Notes: generated by a model from the letters alone, not told the origin. Positions 55,847 through 64,000 are shown, counted from the first letter of the stretch. The stretch: DNA of 64,000 nucleotides from an uncultured Gammaproteobacteria bacterium (GCA_964511305.1 CAZEEU010000002.1:17608-81607); one strand, 5' to 3'. Made by a program: numbers and translations.

Positions 55847-56959
55847 ATGGTAAAAATTATTCCTCGAATTCTCTTTCTCATTGTAAGCCTTTTTTTTATA
55901 ATCCCTATGAATTTACAAATAAATGCATCAAACGAAAATTCTAAAATAGACACAAATAAAACTTTGGCTTTTATCCCAGGTACAGACAAACTACCAGATA
56001 GCTATATATGGACACAGAATTCATCACCTTGCTCAGCAGGTGAAGCTTATTGTTATCAAGACACAACAGGAAATTACCAACATGGAATCGAAAATACTCA
56101 AAACAATGATTTACCCCCGGCAGATCAATCAGTTAACGATAATCCAAATGGGAACACCAGTCGCAAATCTGGATATGGAGGGGATTGTACAATATTTGGC
56201 GGTTGCGTGAATGAAGGGGTATGCGAACTCACAGACATTGGAGGCATTAACGGTCAATGTGTTGCGCCCAGAACAGCACAGCCAACTAGTTGCAATAGTC
56301 AGAGTGGCCGGGCAAATGGATGCAACTGCGAACAATCAAATAACACTCAATGCGCAAGTCAATATTGTGGTGGACCATATCGAGTAGAAGATGTCTATCG
56401 CAGGGGAAGCCCAAAAACTATCGGCACCTGTCAATCGTCAACGGTGTCTGGTCCATCCGTAACACCTGGCCCTTCAAGTCAGCCTCTTGTATGCGGAATT
56501 ATTGGAGATCCTAATGCAGACGGGATGATTACTGACGCAGATGCCTTATTTGTAGGAAGAATGATGGCTGGCCTTGAAACATCAACTCCCGACAGGATAG
56601 CAAGAGCAGATGTTAATAATGACGCTATTGTAGACAGCAAAGATCAATTAGAAATAAGAAAATATGTTACAAAATTAATTACAACTTTTCGTGCTTGCAA
56701 TAGTTCTAACCCTCCCCAAGTCTTATGTCCTCCTGAGACGACAAATCCCAATACAACACTCAAGAACAAAGGGGATGCAAATTGCAGCGGTACAATAACA
56801 ATTCAAGACTACAATTTATGGCGGGATGAATTCATTGCTAAAGAAGCCAATACAACCAACAGAACAAAGTACGCTGATTTTAATGGTGGGGATGTTACGA
56901 TTTCTGACTATAATATATGGAGAGATAATTTTATAGCTACAAATAATGGAACAAACTAA
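55847..56959 (+). CDS. secreted Cys-rich protein carrying two tandem dockerin-like modules
   Basis: Signal peptide. Dockerin-type Ca-loop pairs GDPNADGMITDAD / ADVNNDAIVDSKD and GDANCSGTITIQD / ADFNGGDVTISD, each followed by a hydrophobic helix (classic D-x-N-x-D-G-x-I-x-x-x-D repeats). Confidence 0.6.
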   Translation: MVKIIPRILFLIVSLFFIIPMNLQINASNENSKIDTNKTLAFIPGTDKLPDSYIWTQNSSPCSAGEAYCYQDTTGNYQHGIENTQNNDLPPADQSVNDNPNGNTSRKSGYGGDCTIFGGCVNEGVCELTDIGGINGQCVAPRTAQPTSCNSQSGRANGCNCEQSNNTQCASQYCGGPYRVEDVYRRGSPKTIGTCQSSTVSGPSVTPGPSSQPLVCGIIGDPNADGMITDADALFVGRMMAGLETSTPDRIARADVNNDAIVDSKDQLEIRKYVTKLITTFRACNSSNPPQVLCPPETTNPNTTLKNKGDANCSGTITIQDYNLWRDEFIAKEANTTNRTKYADFNGGDVTISDYNIWRDNFIATNNGTN

Positions 56960-59042
56960 CAACCCAATCATCCAGTATATTAAGACTCTAAAAAGAAAAC
57001 AGATTTTTATGGCAATTGGTGGTTTAATTGTAGCTGGTGCTCTTGTCACAACGTTATATCTCGTAAAACAATCCCAGGACTTAAGACAACGGGCTTCTGG
57101 AGAAGAAGTTATACTCTCATATTCCCCTTCTCAAATACAATTAGCACAGCATACAGAAACTGCAATTGAGCTTAAAGCCAGAACCATAGCAGCAAATGTG
57201 AATGTTACAGCAATCCAAACGACTGTAAAGTTTGATCAAGATAAAGTCGAGCTCGTGAGATACGAAGACGGTAACAGATCGGCACTACTAACACCTCTTC
57301 AAACTCCGTCACCAAATAATGCAGCAGGTACCATGAGCGTTACCTTCCTGCGACCAACGGCAGACGCAACTGTTCTTAGTGGAGACATCAATCTTGGTCG
57401 GCTAATATTTAAATCTAAAGGAACTATCGGAGTAACTGACATCACGGCAATTAACTCTTTAGTTACTAAGTCTGGATCCTACACTGACATAACGCCGGGA
57501 GTTGAAGTATCCAGTCTCACTGTTTCGTCAAATACATCTGTTACAGTTACGACAGCACCAAGCGGAACAACCGCCCCCTCTCCTTCTCCAAATACTCAGC
57601 CGACAGGCTCACAGGTATATTGTGGAGATTCTAGTCATGTTGGTTGCACGGTTGGACTTTATTCCTGCTACGTTAACCTAGGCAATAATGTAGGCAAGAC
57701 ATGTACAGATGTGTCTGGCAGTAACGGCACATACAATTGCGTTAAATGCGCATATGTCACTCCATCGCCAACGGTATCCCCTAGCACAACCCCTGTACCA
57801 AGAGTTCCTGAATGTGGAGTTTCAACTATTCCACCTACGATAGGAGCTGCCCCACTCAAAGTAGCTTTACATGGTTCTGGAAAGTCAAATGCACTGGGAG
57901 TAGGAATTGCAGGATATGAATGGGATTTTGATGGAAATGGAACATGGGATTCTCCTGTCCAACTTGATTACATAGAACATATTTATACTGTTAATGGTAC
58001 ATATAGACCTAAATTCAGAATTAAGGGTCAAAATGGTAAATACAGTGAGACTTGCACTTACGGATATGAGGTGCTGGTTGGACCCATCTCAACAAATCCC
58101 AACTATGACGTGACCATTATTCCGCCAGCCAATCTTCAACCATCAGGCAATATAGATTCTGGAAGCCGAAATATAACATGGACAGCTTCAGCAAAAGCTG
58201 AGGGAGGTTACTATCTGAGAGTTAATGAGGATGGAATAGATACTACAACTTGGAACGCACCTAGTTGTGATTCGAATACAAATTTAAGAACCGGCGATAT
58301 TTGCGAAACAATTAACACAACCAGCTACTCTTATACATTTAAGCCTGGAAAGAATTACTTTGTATGGGTTCACAGTCGAGCAACTAATGGTAAATACGGT
58401 GAGCCAGTTGCCGCCACTGTAGTCACGCGTGCTGGTTCCGAGCCAACAACTTCACCCACATTAACGCCTACGGCAACTATATTTCCTACTGCAACTCTTG
58501 CACCAAATGATACAGCTATAAATGTGAACATTGCACTTCCTGGTATAGGCACTGGGGCTGAAAATCTGGGACTTAATGCAACCCCAATACACCCACAAAG
58601 AACTGCAACGCTTAAGCTATACGACAATACGAGTGCAAATATTAAAACAGTCGATGCTATCATGACCTACGTGCCACAGTCATCATCCTACTTTGGCCAA
58701 TTCCCATTGGGCACCACATTCCCAACAGGAGTGTATACTGCAAAAATTAAGGTCAACAATGCTCTCTATCGAAGCCTTGTAGGATCAATGCAAATTACAG
58801 GCGGCGTAGCAAATGCGTCTACTATATGGACAGGAACTCCAAGGAATCTTATTAGCGGAGATCTAAATAATGATAATACTCTTGGTATTATTGACTGGAC
58901 CTATATGATAGCTTGCGTAAAGAATGAGGCAGCTTGCACATCCGCAATAAGAGGTCTTGCAGACCTTAACGATAATGGAAGTGTTGACGAGATAGATGTT
59001 CAGATATTACAACGCGGGTTTGCATTACGTGACGGAGACTAA
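56946..59042 (+). CDS. membrane-anchored multidomain surface protein: cohesin-like + Cys-rich 'YCGDS' module + PKD + FN3-like + C-terminal dockerin
   Basis: TM anchor. Cohesin-like segment (TTVKFDQDKVELV...GRLIFKSKGTIGVTDI). PKD motif (GYEWDFDGNGTWDS...HIYTVNGTYRPKFRIKGQNG). Dockerin loops GDLNNDNTLGIID / ADLNDNGSVDEID at the C-terminus. Confidence 0.6.
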   Translation: MEQTNNPIIQYIKTLKRKQIFMAIGGLIVAGALVTTLYLVKQSQDLRQRASGEEVILSYSPSQIQLAQHTETAIELKARTIAANVNVTAIQTTVKFDQDKVELVRYEDGNRSALLTPLQTPSPNNAAGTMSVTFLRPTADATVLSGDINLGRLIFKSKGTIGVTDITAINSLVTKSGSYTDITPGVEVSSLTVSSNTSVTVTTAPSGTTAPSPSPNTQPTGSQVYCGDSSHVGCTVGLYSCYVNLGNNVGKTCTDVSGSNGTYNCVKCAYVTPSPTVSPSTTPVPRVPECGVSTIPPTIGAAPLKVALHGSGKSNALGVGIAGYEWDFDGNGTWDSPVQLDYIEHIYTVNGTYRPKFRIKGQNGKYSETCTYGYEVLVGPISTNPNYDVTIIPPANLQPSGNIDSGSRNITWTASAKAEGGYYLRVNEDGIDTTTWNAPSCDSNTNLRTGDICETINTTSYSYTFKPGKNYFVWVHSRATNGKYGEPVAATVVTRAGSEPTTSPTLTPTATIFPTATLAPNDTAINVNIALPGIGTGAENLGLNATPIHPQRTATLKLYDNTSANIKTVDAIMTYVPQSSSYFGQFPLGTTFPTGVYTAKIKVNNALYRSLVGSMQITGGVANASTIWTGTPRNLISGDLNNDNTLGIIDWTYMIACVKNEAACTSAIRGLADLNDNGSVDEIDVQILQRGFALRDGD

Positions 59043-59124
59043 TATAGAATTAAGGACAATGAATAAAGCGTAAAGAGAAAAGTTGACAGTAAAAGAAAAT
59101 TGCTTAATACTTAATTCTTGATAC

Positions 59125-59745
59125 TTGATTCGAATAATACTGCCTAACATGCCTAAAAAAACGACAATACTAATAGTGATTCTTGCTCTAGTTACAGGAG
59201 TTCTTATTTTCCTTGCGGTACGATCGGATCAAGGACAAAATTTACTCTCGACTGATCAGGGAGAAGCTACCCCTACCCAAGTGCAACCATTTGCAAGCTT
59301 GTCATTTGAGAACCCACTTCTTGATGCTTCAACCGGCCCGACAACACAATCGGTAAATATTGTAATTGATACTCTGGGTAAACCTGCCGCAGGAGCACAA
59401 ATAGAGCTTTCATATAATCCTGCTGTGCTAACGAATGTGAGCGTTAAGACTCCCCAGACGTCTTTCTTTGGAGCAAACCCGAGTGTGCTTATAAATACTG
59501 TTGATCCTACTCAGGGAAGAATCTCTTACGCTGTAGGGATATCTGCATCAGATGCAGAGAAGTCTGGAAATGGTACCTTAGCAACCATAACTTTCACAGT
59601 AAATAGACTCGCTGGTATTGCAACTACTAATCTAACCTTTCTTCCTAAATCTGCTGTAACAACACTGAGTGCTCAGGGGTCAATTCTCAACACCTCAACT
59701 CCCCTTGAGATACGCCTTACACCTCTTCCAACATCTGCCAATTAA
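59125..59745 (+). CDS. membrane-anchored cohesin-domain protein
   Basis: TM anchor then TQSVNIVIDTLGKPAAGAQIELSYNPAVLTNVSV...GNGTLATITFTVNRLAGIATTNLTF, the best cohesin-like match in the window. Confidence 0.6.
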   Translation: MIRIILPNMPKKTTILIVILALVTGVLIFLAVRSDQGQNLLSTDQGEATPTQVQPFASLSFENPLLDASTGPTTQSVNIVIDTLGKPAAGAQIELSYNPAVLTNVSVKTPQTSFFGANPSVLINTVDPTQGRISYAVGISASDAEKSGNGTLATITFTVNRLAGIATTNLTFLPKSAVTTLSAQGSILNTSTPLEIRLTPLPTSAN

Positions 59746-59748
59746 TGC

Positions 59749-60099
59749 ATGTTTATTGATAAAATTTGGAAAAAGAATCAATATGTCCTTCTTGTAGCGG
59801 CAACGGTACTTTTGGGAGCCTGCCTAGCAATACTTATTCTCCTGCGATTTAGTTCCAATAGGCAACAAGAGCATCAACAAAATACAATAACCCAACAGTC
59901 GGCCTCTCAAAATTGCACTGCTCAAAAAATAGCGTGTAACCCTCAATTCATAGACAATAAGAAGATAGCATGTGGATTACTTAAAAATAAGATAATTGAT
60001 GAACTTTTGAAACGAAATGAGTCACCATGTAAGAGTATTAATAGAGAAATAGTTGAAAATCAAATGAATGAAGCATGTCAAATAGGTTGCCCCAAGTAA
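59749..60099 (+). CDS. small membrane-anchored Cys-containing protein, hypothetical
   Basis: TM helix then a ~80-aa segment with 6 Cys. Confidence 0.35.
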   Translation: MFIDKIWKKNQYVLLVAATVLLGACLAILILLRFSSNRQQEHQQNTITQQSASQNCTAQKIACNPQFIDNKKIACGLLKNKIIDELLKRNESPCKSINREIVENQMNEACQIGCPK

Positions 60100-60147
60100 C
60101 TTCTGTAGTTGATTTAAGTGATAGCATTCTGAAATAATGTAACTAAT

Positions 60148-60510
60148 ATGGCAGACATACCACAAAATTCATTTCAAGGACCTTTGGCTCCAAAATATGG
60201 ATTAAATGACAATTTCAGAAATCCGATTCCGGCTGGACCCAAAGTTAATATTCCAAAAAACAGAAATTACGGGCGACTTATACCGGTGGGCGCAGTTGCA
60301 CTTGCGCTTCTTATTCTTCCTTTAACTATCCAGCAGCTTGGCCAGCAACAAGATAATAGACAGCAAGCATCTCAACCAACTCCTACAATATCGCTACCTG
60401 CCCAGGTGACTTCCCCGACATCAACCCCGACACCTATAGGCCTTACTCCAACACCAACCTCTACAGTAGAATTAGTACCACCACTTCAAGCAACTTCTTC
60501 CGGGAATTAA
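60148..60510 (+). CDS. small membrane-anchored Pro/Thr-rich protein, hypothetical
   Basis: Central TM helix then a PT-rich tail (SPTSTPTPIGLTPTPTSTV). Confidence 0.35.
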   Translation: MADIPQNSFQGPLAPKYGLNDNFRNPIPAGPKVNIPKNRNYGRLIPVGAVALALLILPLTIQQLGQQQDNRQQASQPTPTISLPAQVTSPTSTPTPIGLTPTPTSTVELVPPLQATSSGN

Positions 60511-60513
60511 ATT

Positions 60514-61026
60514 TTAATGGTGCCCTGAACCTGGCTTAGAAAGCACTGGGGTATTTCCACGTCTTACTTTTGCTGCAAAATCAGCAGCCATGTCCCCAGC
60601 TGCATATGCCATAAGTCCTACCCCTGCTACAGGGTGAGCAGCTCCTAGAACTCCCAGGATTGTAAGTCCCATACCGGCACGTTTTACGCCCTTGTCCATT
60701 GTCTGCTCGAATGGACCTTGATGCTCGGGGAACATACCTTTCTTTGATCTATTCTTAAATTTTGCCATCATGTCTGCCATAAAATCTCCAGCTGCATACG
60801 TAAGCAGACTCAAACCTACCACGGGATGACTCATGGCGATTGTTCCTATTGCTACAAGGGCAAGGCTTGCCCCCCATTTGATTTTTTTATCTGCGAAATT
60901 CTCAGTTATTCCCTCATGATGTACAAAGGTTGCAAATTGAGGTTCTGAATGAGAAGCCTCATGACTTGCTTCATGTCCACGCGTCTCAGCAGGTGCTGCA
61001 TGTGATGGTCCGTGTTCTGCGCTCAT
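60514..61026 (-). CDS. membrane protein with His-rich N-terminus and two internal repeats, hypothetical
   Basis: Repeats HPVVGLSLLTYAAGDFMADMMAKF and HPVAGVGLMAYAAGDMAADFAAKV. N-terminal HEASHEASH. Confidence 0.45.
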   Translation of the reverse strand: MSAEHGPSHAAPAETRGHEASHEASHSEPQFATFVHHEGITENFADKKIKWGASLALVAIGTIAMSHPVVGLSLLTYAAGDFMADMMAKFKNRSKKGMFPEHQGPFEQTMDKGVKRAGMGLTILGVLGAAHPVAGVGLMAYAAGDMAADFAAKVRRGNTPVLSKPGSGHH

Positions 61027-61394
61027 ATTATTTAGATAATTTCTTTCTTAAGTTGAAAACTTTTCGTTCTAAAGAACGGGCCACAAAAGGCTTAACTGCT
61101 TCAAAGGTGTTTGATGCAACCTTACCGACAACTTTTGCCCCTGTCTTAATATCTTTTGTAGGTAACTCAATTTCTTTCACAGTGCGTAATTATATCAGAA
61201 AACCTGGGAAAATTAAAGTACTATGGGATTAAGTGTTGCACACTTAATCCCAACGAAGTTAAGATGCAATCTTAACTGAGTATGGGACAATCTGTGATCC
61301 TAGACACAGAACAATCTTTGTCAAAAGATTTTTATGGGATTAAGACGAAGTCCATTGTGCTTTGGGCGAAGCCAAAAGAGTTGGGGTAAATTTG

Positions 61395-61466
61395 AGGCGC
61401 GGAAGGGAATCGAACCCTCGCATAGAAGTTTTGCAGACTCCCGTGTTACCACTTCACCACCGCGCC
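61395..61466 (-). tRNA. tRNA-Cys (anticodon GCA)
   Basis: Reverse complement folds as GGCGCGG|TG|GTG-AAGTGGTAA-CAC|G|GGAGT-CTGCAAA-ACTTC|TATGC|GAGGG-TTCGATT-CCCTT|CCGCGCC|T. 7-bp acceptor stem, T-loop TTCGATT, U33 and A37 present, anticodon GCA. CCA not encoded. Confidence 0.85.
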
Positions 61467-61550
61467 ATGAGTGTTGAGTGTATCAAAATTTGAGGCAAAA
61501 ATCCATCTCCACGATTGATTTACCCCACCCTCACAGACTAAACTTAATCC

Positions 61551-62606
61551 GTGAACAAAAAAATAATCTTAATTGCCTTAATAGTGCTTGTTCTTATAGG
61601 TGTTGTCGTCACAACTCTTCTTATTAGACAAAACCAGGACAATAGACAGCGAGCTGATGAAGGAACTCCTACGACAACACAAGGTCCTACTCTCGACACA
61701 GAAGAATGGAATTTCGTTAGGATTTTGAACGAACATAGGCAAGAAATAGGACACAATCCACTTAAAGTGTCCCAAAAATTAACACTAGCAGCTAGATGGA
61801 TGTCAACAGACATGGCAGCAAGAAATATATTGCCCGCTGATCATTCAGATTCGCTTGGCAGGCAATTCCAAAACAGAATAAGATCATTTGGCTACAACGC
61901 CGTACCTATTGGAGAAAATATAGCAAAAGTTGGTGCAACCGGTCAAAACGCATTTGATGCTTGGCTCGCCTCAACAATGGGGCATAAAGAAGAAATGGAA
62001 AGCCCTGCAAGAAGTGTTATTGGTATTGCTAGAGTTCAAAGTGGAAATAGCTGGTATTGGACTGCAGACTTCGGGCCATCGTTAGACTCCGAAATTACTC
62101 CAACGACAACTCCATCTATTACTGATAGCCCTACCCCATCAACAACAGTATCTCCTACATTATCAGTTACTACAACCCAAGAGCCCACAATAACTGCCTC
62201 ACCAACAACTGTAATAGTAACCCCTTCTAATACGGTAACTCCTACGTTGACCGCAACTTCGACACCCACGTCTACAGCAACGCCAACACCAACTTCGACT
62301 CCTACCGCAACTCCTACCCCAACGCCTAGTCCAACAAAAGTACCAACAAGCACACCAACTCCTACATCCAAACCAACTGCTACTCCCACAGCTACGTCCA
62401 TTCCAACTGTGCCTCCAACGGCAACTCCAACAATCCTACCAACTGTAATTGCTCATATATCACCAACCCCTACACAATTGCCGCCTATTGCAACGAGCAC
62501 TCCAGTACCATCCATAGCACAACCAGGAGGACTCGTACCTACTCTGGGTATATTTGGTGGAATTTTGGTCGTGATCGTTGCTGGAATATTCTTGTTAGCA
62601 CTTTAG
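61551..62606 (+). CDS. membrane-anchored CAP (SCP/PR-1-like, YkwD-type) domain protein with long Pro/Thr linker and C-terminal TM
   Basis: N-terminal TM. CAP-domain motifs (LNEHR...G..PL, HK..M, SWYWTADFG). ~130-aa (PT/ST)n linker. C-terminal hydrophobic helix. Confidence 0.7.
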   Translation: MNKKIILIALIVLVLIGVVVTTLLIRQNQDNRQRADEGTPTTTQGPTLDTEEWNFVRILNEHRQEIGHNPLKVSQKLTLAARWMSTDMAARNILPADHSDSLGRQFQNRIRSFGYNAVPIGENIAKVGATGQNAFDAWLASTMGHKEEMESPARSVIGIARVQSGNSWYWTADFGPSLDSEITPTTTPSITDSPTPSTTVSPTLSVTTTQEPTITASPTTVIVTPSNTVTPTLTATSTPTSTATPTPTSTPTATPTPTPSPTKVPTSTPTPTSKPTATPTATSIPTVPPTATPTILPTVIAHISPTPTQLPPIATSTPVPSIAQPGGLVPTLGIFGGILVVIVAGIFLLAL

Positions 62607-62670
62607 AGTGTACAGCGTAAAGTTAACAGCGTACAGAAATTCTAGAACTGGCCGCTAAACGCTGTCTACT

Positions 62671-62937
62671 GTCCGCTACTTGTCTTGATTGTATTTACTC
62701 TCTTGAGGTCCAACCTGAAACTTAGCGAAGCAAAGGATCAGGCACATTACTTATCTTGATTATATCGACTTTCCTGTGGTCCTGCCTGAAACTTACACGC
62801 AGTGAAGTTTTAGGCGTTATTTATCTTGGTTATACTTACTTTCTTGAGGACCTGCCTGGAACTTACACGCAGTGAAGTTTTAGGCGTTATTTATCTTGGT
62901 TATACTTACTTTCTTGAGGACCTGCCTGGAACTTATA
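62671..62937. repeat. ~70-bp tandem repeat, ~3.8 copies with increasing divergence upstream. The last copy encodes the C-terminus of dcd
   Basis: 62811-62880 and 62881-62935 are identical (TAGGCGTTATTTATCTTGGTTATACTTACTTTCTTGAGGACCTGCCTGGAACTTA...). Two further degenerate copies lie upstream. Confidence 0.8.
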
Positions 62938-63456
62938 TTTTGCGTCTTTCTTTTTTGTATATGGGGTCTCTGCAGGACTTGATAGTTGCTCAAAAGCCAT
63001 AGCGCAAATTCTCATTCCGGGGTACAAAGCAACAGCCATACGCCCAAGATTACCAAGCTCCAAAACGCAATTACCGTCCCATCCTGCGTCAAAAATACTT
63101 GCAGTTGAATGTACAACAATTCCAAGTCGCCCCAATGAAGATCTTCCCTCTAACCTTCCCAGAAGATCATCTGGAATTCTTACCTTTTCCATGGTAACGG
63201 CAAGCACAAAATCCCCTGGCTGCATAATAAATGGTGAACCTTTCTTAATCTTTATTTCAGTTGTAATTTCGTTTGTATAATCTTTTTTCGTAGGGTCAAG
63301 GAAGGCATTCCTGCTATGGTCAAAAACTCTAAATTTATCTCCAAGACGAAGGTCTAAAGAGCAGGTACCCAACTGTGTTTTGAAATCTGGGGCCGGCAAT
63401 ATACCAATCTTTTTCTTCTTAATATAATCTTTGATGTCGCGATCGGATAAAACCAT
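62887..63456 (-). CDS. dcd: dCTP deaminase
   Basis: Dcd pattern MVLSDRDIKDYI...LDLRLG... The last ~17 aa (KYKFQAGPQESKYNQDK) are encoded inside the tandem repeat. Confidence 0.85.
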   Translation of the reverse strand: MVLSDRDIKDYIKKKKIGILPAPDFKTQLGTCSLDLRLGDKFRVFDHSRNAFLDPTKKDYTNEITTEIKIKKGSPFIMQPGDFVLAVTMEKVRIPDDLLGRLEGRSSLGRLGIVVHSTASIFDAGWDGNCVLELGNLGRMAVALYPGMRICAMAFEQLSSPAETPYTKKKDAKYKFQAGPQESKYNQDK

Positions 63457-63559
63457 AATTGGCAGTAGGGCTTGCGGTTATTTCATCATTCTACAGAAGG
63501 AAAAATGATTTCGCAATACGAGTATTTAGTTTGGTAAGATAAATTGCGTTTGTGACATC

Positions 63560-63922
63560 TCACATGGAACAAGTGCCATTGCATTGAATTGACAATAGAA
63601 TCAAAAACAAAATATTGGAAATAAAATAGATAAATAAGATAATAATAACCGGTGCGAAGAAAGTTAATGAAAACATTTTCAACATTACTTTGATTCTATT
63701 TTTCTTATTAAGAATACCTGCAAAAAATCCTGTGGCACCACTTATGATGAGAACCGATATCAAGAAATTAAAGATAAGATCATAATATGACATAAAAAGT
63801 TCTGGCATGGCAAGAATTCCTTTTACGTTAAAAGTTAGAGTAGTAAAAGAGAGAATAAACAATGCAAACCCCATTTCAAACATGTCTTTTGATGTTATTT
63901 TATTGGTAAGAATATTTATCAA
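63560..63922 (-). CDS. small polytopic membrane protein, hypothetical
   Basis: Three TM helices. 120 aa. Confidence 0.4.
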   Translation of the reverse strand: MINILTNKITSKDMFEMGFALFILSFTTLTFNVKGILAMPELFMSYYDLIFNFLISVLIISGATGFFAGILNKKNRIKVMLKMFSLTFFAPVIIILFIYFISNILFLILLSIQCNGTCSM

Positions 63923-63974
63923 TACTACAAGAAGTGATAATGATACTGAAACAATGAACAGAACTAAATTTTTG

Positions 63975-64000
63975 TTCTTAATATAATCTTTGATGTCGCG
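63975..64000. repeat. 26-bp exact duplicate of the dcd 5' end at the window edge
   Basis: TTCTTAATATAATCTTTGATGTCGCG is identical to 63416..63441. On the minus strand it encodes RDIKDYIKK, the Dcd N-terminus. Confidence 0.5.

Noticed and set aside
61027-61394. Integrated-element attachment site next to tRNA-Cys.
   Set aside because: No integrase gene and no direct repeat of the tRNA 3' end could be identified in the window. It is only flagged as something to check.

Overview
This is an AT-rich bacterial window, roughly mid-30s % GC by eye. Its gene content and style suggest a small-genome, CPR/Patescibacteria-like organism. Genes are compact and often overlapping. The translation core is rpsB-tsf-[hyp]-rseP-frr-recR with no pyrH. 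A four-helix-bundle '23S rRNA IVS' protein is present. Many small secreted or membrane-anchored proteins carry Pro/Thr linkers. No purine or pyrimidine de novo block is visible beyond purB and dcd. I can support about 80 CDS, one tRNA-Cys(GCA), no rRNA and no CRISPR. Ordinary content includes PIF1-like helicase, HflX, SPFH, L,D-transpeptidase, a GAF-histidine kinase/OmpR pair, two orphan receiver proteins, NRAMP, ABC-F, NMNAT, Crp, AlkD-like, TrhO, FKBP, PurB, RecR, Frr, RseP, EF-Ts, S2, GlyA and Dcd. The strongest candidate for an undescribed system is the 48.7-60.5 kb cluster of secreted and membrane-anchored proteins. It contains at least three cohesin-like modules and three dockerin-like modules (two EF-hand-like Ca-loop repeats each). 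One protein combines a TM anchor, cohesin, PKD, FN3-like and dockerin modules. The cluster also holds a VWA protein and Cys-rich 'YCGDS' modules, so it looks like a cellulosome-style cohesin-dockerin surface assembly system in a non-cellulolytic, CPR-like background. Other notable items: two copies of a ~120-bp intergenic element bounded by terminal inverted repeats at convergent gene ends; a ~1 kb high-GC island encoding a PT-rich secreted protein; a GH15-like glucoamylase domain fused to a ROK sugar kinase; a soluble MgtE-N/CBS protein overlapping an NRAMP transporter; a catalytically degenerate PurE-like protein beside a formyltransferase-like fragment; two tandem-repeat arrays (50 bp and 70 bp periods), one of which supplies the C-terminus of dcd; and a duplicated dcd 5' end at the window edge. 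All domain calls come from reading the translations and motifs by eye. No database search was run.
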